Below are positions 59,095 to 64,000 of a stretch of DNA of 64,000 nt, one piece after another. Below the pieces are notes generated by a model. That model was not told the origin of the DNA. It made no database searches and saw nothing but the letters and a program-made list of their open reading frames with translations. This DNA comes from Podarcis erhardii (lineage: Eukaryota), in assembly GCA_964252035.1 (NCBI GenBank), contig OZ176204.1, one strand, 5' to 3'. The translations under genes were made by a program, and so were the position numbers. Position 1 is the first letter of the stretch. Each line of letters starts with the position of its first letter.

Positions 59095-59395
59095 CCGTAT
59101 TGGCCCGAATATAAGCCACACCTGCAAATAAGCTACACCTTTAAAATTCAAGGCTTATTTGTGGTTGTGAGTGCGGCCCACCTCCGGGCACTATGTCACT
59201 CTCTGCACTACCTCCCGAAGCCGGCGCCAGGGGAGGCTTGGGAGTGGTGGGCAGGCTGCATGCCGTTGCCCCGCACTCCCGGGCTGCTTCCTGGGGGGGG
59301 GGCACGTGGTATGGTCACGAATATAGGCTGAACTTTAACTTTTCACAGCCCAAATTTGGGGGGGGGGAGTGTGGTTTATATTCGGGCCAATACGG
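59095..59395. mobile_element. Tc1/mariner-superfamily (Tc2/pogo-like) MITE, 301 bp
   Basis: TIR ccgtattggcccgaatataa, perfect for 20 bp; TA at 59093-94 and 59396-97. Confidence 0.9.
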
Positions 59396-60575
59396 TATAT
59401 CAGTACTGGGAAACTGTCTGTAGGATTCCCATTAACATTCGTGCAACTTCCCATAATAAGTGCTGGTGTCCCACTGCTGACACCACCTTCTCTATGTGTT
59501 AAGTCTTCACCAGAACACACACACACACTTGAGTTCTATAAACATATATTTCACTCAAGGCTTGCTGAAGAAGTCATTACTCACATTCTATGGTCCCCCA
59601 AAAAACCATTTGGCTGGAGTAGTAGGAGCCCAATATAATTTGATATACATGTGTCATACATTATGGAGCCGGTTTTTAATATGATGATGTGCTATAAGCC
59701 ATCAATAAAATGTCCGGTTTCTTTGGAAGATGGAAATCCTGTTTAGATGTATTGCCACCACGATTATATTGGTTTGCAGTGAGCTATAGACAGCTGGATA
59801 GAATCAAATTAAAATTAAAAACTCATTGGGAGGAATGGACAGTATTTTCACAGATTGCCCATAAATCTACAATAACTAGGTCTCCCTGCTTGTAACATCA
59901 AAAACATTTTTAGTGTCTCATTAGCAGGGAAATTTATTGTTCAACTATTGAACTATGTCAATTTTCAAAAACACTGTGTGACTAATTCCAGAAATCATGG
60001 ATTTGATTTGTATTCATTTTAGGTTGCCAGAAGAAAACTGAGCCAAGTTCTTCCCTCCCCAATTGCCGTCTCCCCCCCTCCCCCCACGGGCAGTCAATGA
60101 AACGACACTAATCATGAAATTAAAGGACCTTGCATGTCTTCAGTTTGGAAAATAAAGTTCATTTTTAAAATACATATGCTAGCACCCTTCTTTTTCAATA
60201 AAGGGAAGAACCACTGCAGCCCTGAGGAGTTCATATCCCAGCTGCGATTCTTTAAATTTTTATTTTGGGTTTTTTATATCTATATAAAGGACTCAACAGC
60301 AGTTTTATAGAAGAAGACGTCATTATGTTATGCTGCAGTGTGTTTTCCATCTGTGCTTGTTGGAGAGTTTGTCATAGGATCAGTTTGAAAAATACAGAAA
60401 GTTCAACCATTTTCAGCGAAGCACATATGGGATCAGGGGAAAATATTTCACAAGCATATGTTTTGTATGACAGATTATGTGCTAGTGATACTTAAGGTGT
60501 TCAGCTAGCAGTCCTAAACCAGGCTCATGCATCTGAATTTTGTCCTGTCTCCAGGTAATATTGCTTAAGAGATTT

Positions 60576-61306
60576 TGTGATTCGAGGACCCGCCACCCGC
60601 TTGAGGATAAGAAGACACATGGACACAGTATATTAGGTTAATGGGCTAAAAAAGGCCACAACTTTCTTGATTACAGCATGTGAGAGGTATTGGCTTAGGC
60701 ATTGGATAAAACAGCAGAGCGTGACTCCACCCCTTAAGGAAGGGGTGAGTCTAACAAGGGTTAACCACCAGTAGGAGGAGCCTGTAGATGCAAATACAAC
60801 TGAAAGCTCAACCTGATGTCACCGGGGGTCATGCCATGGCCCTAGCCACCAGCAAGGGCATCGGACAGGATCCACGACCACCAGATTCCTTTAACGGAAT
60901 ACTCATAAAGTGGAGGGGTAGGCGATGGCCACACCCTGCCCTCCAACACACAACCATATTCCAATGTCTAACTGCCAATACCTAAAACGTTGTGACGATT
61001 TGCTATGAGGTAGGTGAAAAACCAAGTGGCTGGTGCCAATTTGCCAGTAGGATAAAAATTCCTACCAGGCGACAACCAAGGCGACCAACCATAGGTCCAT
61101 AGCAATGTCAAGAACCAAGCAATGAACTAAAGGGAGGGTGGGTGATCTGATGAAACCCAGCAGCGCAATGAGAGGGAAGGACTGCCGCGGCCGCATTTGA
61201 GCGGCTAAACCCCACCCCTGAACCTCCGCCTGATTGGCTGGCTGCCAGGGGGCATGGCGCGGCAGCCGAGACAGCTGAGCAGGGGCCAGAACTCCCCCTG
61301 CCAACA
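60576..61306 (-). mobile_element. probable solo LTR, about 730 bp
   Basis: TG...CA termini (minus strand tgttggc...aatcaca), CpG-richer than flank, CCAAT boxes, U5-like gtgtcttc end; no TSD match found. Confidence 0.45.
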
Positions 61307-61384
61307 TGGGAAACGGCTCCCGCTCACAACTCCTCCCCTCTGTAAGGAGGAGAGGCTTTAGCAGCGGGTACCTGCTTTCTTATA

Positions 61385-61752
61385 GGGGCGCGGGTGGTGC
61401 TGTGGGTAAAACCTCAGTGCCTAGGACTTGCCGATCGCATGGTCGGCGGTTCGAATCCCCGCGGCGGGGTGAGCTCCCATTGTTCGGTCCCAGCTCCTGC
61501 CCACTTAGCAGTTCAAAAGCACCCTTAAGTGCAAGTAGATAAATAGGTACCGCTTTCTAGCGGGAAGGTAAATGGCGTTTCCGTGTGCTGCGCTGGTGCT
61601 GGCTCGCCAGAGCAGCTTCGTCACGCTGGCCACGTGACCCGGAAATGTCTGCGGACAGCGCTGGCTCCCGGCCTCTTAAGCGAGATGAGCACGCAACCCC
61701 AGAGTCGGTCATGACTGACCCGTACGGGCAGGGGTACCTTTACCTTTACCTT
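61385..61752 (+). mobile_element. Sauria SINE, full length
   Basis: A box ggtggtgctgtgg, B box GGTTCGAATCC, many intact CpGs, (ACCTTT)n tail. Confidence 0.95.
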
Positions 61753-62844
61753 AACCTACCTGCTTTCTTAACAAACATGGCTAAAGAATATGGAGAAATA
61801 AATAAGTTCATTTGTTCTTAAGGACCTCATTCACACCTTGTATCTGGGGGACAACGACGGTGGGGGGAGGATGTGGACTGTACCTCAGTGGTAGAGCACC
61901 TGTTTTGCATGCCAAAGGTTCCAGCATTTCAGTTCACATTTCTTCTAACAAACACACAATTGTTAGATCCAGCCTTTTTTCACTCTGTGAATGGAGCTCT
62001 TAAACAAATCACATCACAAAACATTTTAAAAGGTTTCTTGTGTTGATTTGTTGTTTGACCACTAAGCAATGCAGATTCAAATAATGCAGTGTTCATAATG
62101 TATTAAATAAGTGAAATGTCTGAAAAGATGCAAATGGATAATTTTCATGAGTACCACCAGCAGTCACCACCAGACCAACCCTATCTTCATAAGGAACAAG
62201 TCTAGTTGAAATCAGCAACAAAACTCTACATTTTAAATTTTCAGATGAACAGAAGGCGCCATGAAGCATGCTTAAGCCACGTAGATTACAATAGGAGCAC
62301 TCAACCCCTCCTTCACATTGTAATCAATGGGTGCTGGTTAACTTTTCTGACTGAATTACGATTGAATTAAATGCTGAGGGGCTCTTTAAAACAAAAAAGG
62401 GATCTCAAAGCATTTTAATCCCATACCATCTAATTTTTCCCAAAAGAAATGAAATGAAAATTAGTAAAGAAGCAACCACCTGACATTTACAAAAGCTTCT
62501 CTAAAGAACACCATGTTGCCTCATTAACAACGGCCTCCAAGCACATCTCTAGATCACACCAGCAGAACTCCTCCACTCTCATCCAGCTGTGCAGAAGCAA
62601 TATCTCTCTAACACTGACACACATTAATGAGAAAATGCAGATAGGGCCTTACACTCATTTTTTTTAAGGGTAAAAGGCAGGGTCAAATATAAGGCCCATG
62701 GGAGGCAGATTGTTCTTTCATAGCTTTTCCAGTTTTGTGATATGTGTGAACTTAGTTGTGTCAAAACAAGATAGTTAATGGCGATTGGGTAATAAATCCA
62801 TCCTGGTCATAGGTTGAAGGCCACTGATACTCAATGCATCTATA

Positions 62845-63015
62845 TGCCTCTGAATACCAGTTACTAAGGATTGCGAGTGGGAGATTGCTGTTGGGCTTAT
62901 GTCCTTTTCGTGACCTTCCCATGGGCATGTGATTAGCTAAGAGAATAGTGGTCTGGAATAGTGGTCTAGAAGGCCTTTGGCCTAATCCAGCAGGTCTCTT
63001 CTTGGGTTCTTAATG
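62845..63015 (+). mobile_element. degraded CR1/LF-SINE-type tail
   Basis: gaataccagtt...ggcctttggcctaatccagcaggtctcttcttgggttctt. Confidence 0.55.
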
Positions 63016-64000
63016 AGGTTCAACCTGGAGTAGATATGGAGGTGAAAAATCAACATTCCTTTATTCATGTCTGCTCTTCCATATTGTTTGCATTGTTGTC
63101 ACATTCCCAACTTTGAAGGAAGAGAGAGGGAAATGTAGAACAAGAACAAGCTGAGGACGACCCAATGATGACATAGCTGGTGACCAGTTTTCTAATGTTT
63201 TACACTAAACTAACAGTGTGTGAGATGTTTCTTCTTGCTGAGGTGTCCCAATCCTTTGGGGGAAGCATGTTTGTACAAAGAGGCCATGAACGAGCAAACT
63301 TCTTCATGGCAATAGGTCTGAAAATTTCATGATTTGCCCACAGAGGGCTCAATTCATACGAAATGTCCACTAGCATGACTCATAAAACATCATGTGGTGC
63401 CGAACTGGCCCCATGGAGTTATGATTCTATGACTAAATCCAGCAGTATAGTTTAAAATCATTTTTGCCTCTGCATTTAAGGGTCTTGCAGGGTTCTTTAG
63501 AGGGTACTATGTGTTACTTTCCTTACTTCAAAATGTGATGAGCAACTCCAGCAGCATTTGCAGAGTCCCCCTGTTCCTCCTGCTGGATGTGGAACCCATG
63601 ACTTCTGCACCAATGTCCTTCCCTGATGGCCTAAATGATTTAGCTGCTTCATAGGGGACAAAGAAGGCTGGCGTGTAAACTATCTGTATTGGTGATCTGG
63701 TTTATGAATTCCACTGGAGTTTTTAGCAGAGTCTTAAAGACTTTTTATGGTAGTGATGGAGTTTTTCCCCAGGAGGAGAGTAGGAAAAGTTTTTTTTTTT
63801 TTTTAATTGTTTAAGGCAAGTCTGGATAGGTAGACTGAATTTCCCAGTAGGCTACTGACTTATGAACTTTTACACAGAAAAAACTCAAGCAATCTGCCAT
63901 TTGCTATTTTTGATGCTGTACTCCAAAGCTCACTCTGTTTGCTCTTTTTCCAGAACTTATTGACTCTAAACAGATAGATGAAACTCGGCTCCCTCAAATT

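Noticed and set aside
61872-61940. tRNA-Ala(TGC)-like sequence (also 4438-4485 and the SINE heads)
   Set aside because: Only the A box and anticodon arm are recognisable; no acceptor stem or intact T arm; these are SINE heads

Overview
This is vertebrate nuclear DNA, not prokaryotic. It is almost certainly from a squamate and probably a lacertid lizard, judged from Sauria SINEs, a CTT-tailed Squam3-type SINE, BovB, CR1 and L2 fragments. The only protein-coding genes I can recognise are two head-to-tail class A GPCRs of the prolactin-releasing peptide receptor (PRLHR) family, each with an intronless coding region. The first (29453-30556) is close to mammalian PRLHR/GPR10 and ends in NPFIY...SVVI. 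The second (true ATG probably 40484, stop 41515) resembles the non-mammalian PRLHR2/C-RFa-receptor type and ends in NAFLY...SVVL. Both appear to have a 5'UTR intron and uORFs. A near-canonical REST/RE1 site lies 3.3 kb upstream of the first gene. The rest of the window is repeat-rich intergenic DNA: hAT and Tc1/mariner MITEs with clean TSDs, LINE 3' ends, a Gypsy-like integrase fossil and a probable solo LTR. The most unusual structure is at 45106-46033. There a 5' fragment of 7SK snRNA, starting exactly at +1, is fused in inverted orientation to a 5'-truncated LINE inside a shared, slightly diverged 14-bp TSD. This geometry fits twin priming on a second, cellular RNA. Almost all other ORFs in the track are spurious (microsatellite, TE or antisense shadows). 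Family names come from recalled consensus sequences, not database searches.
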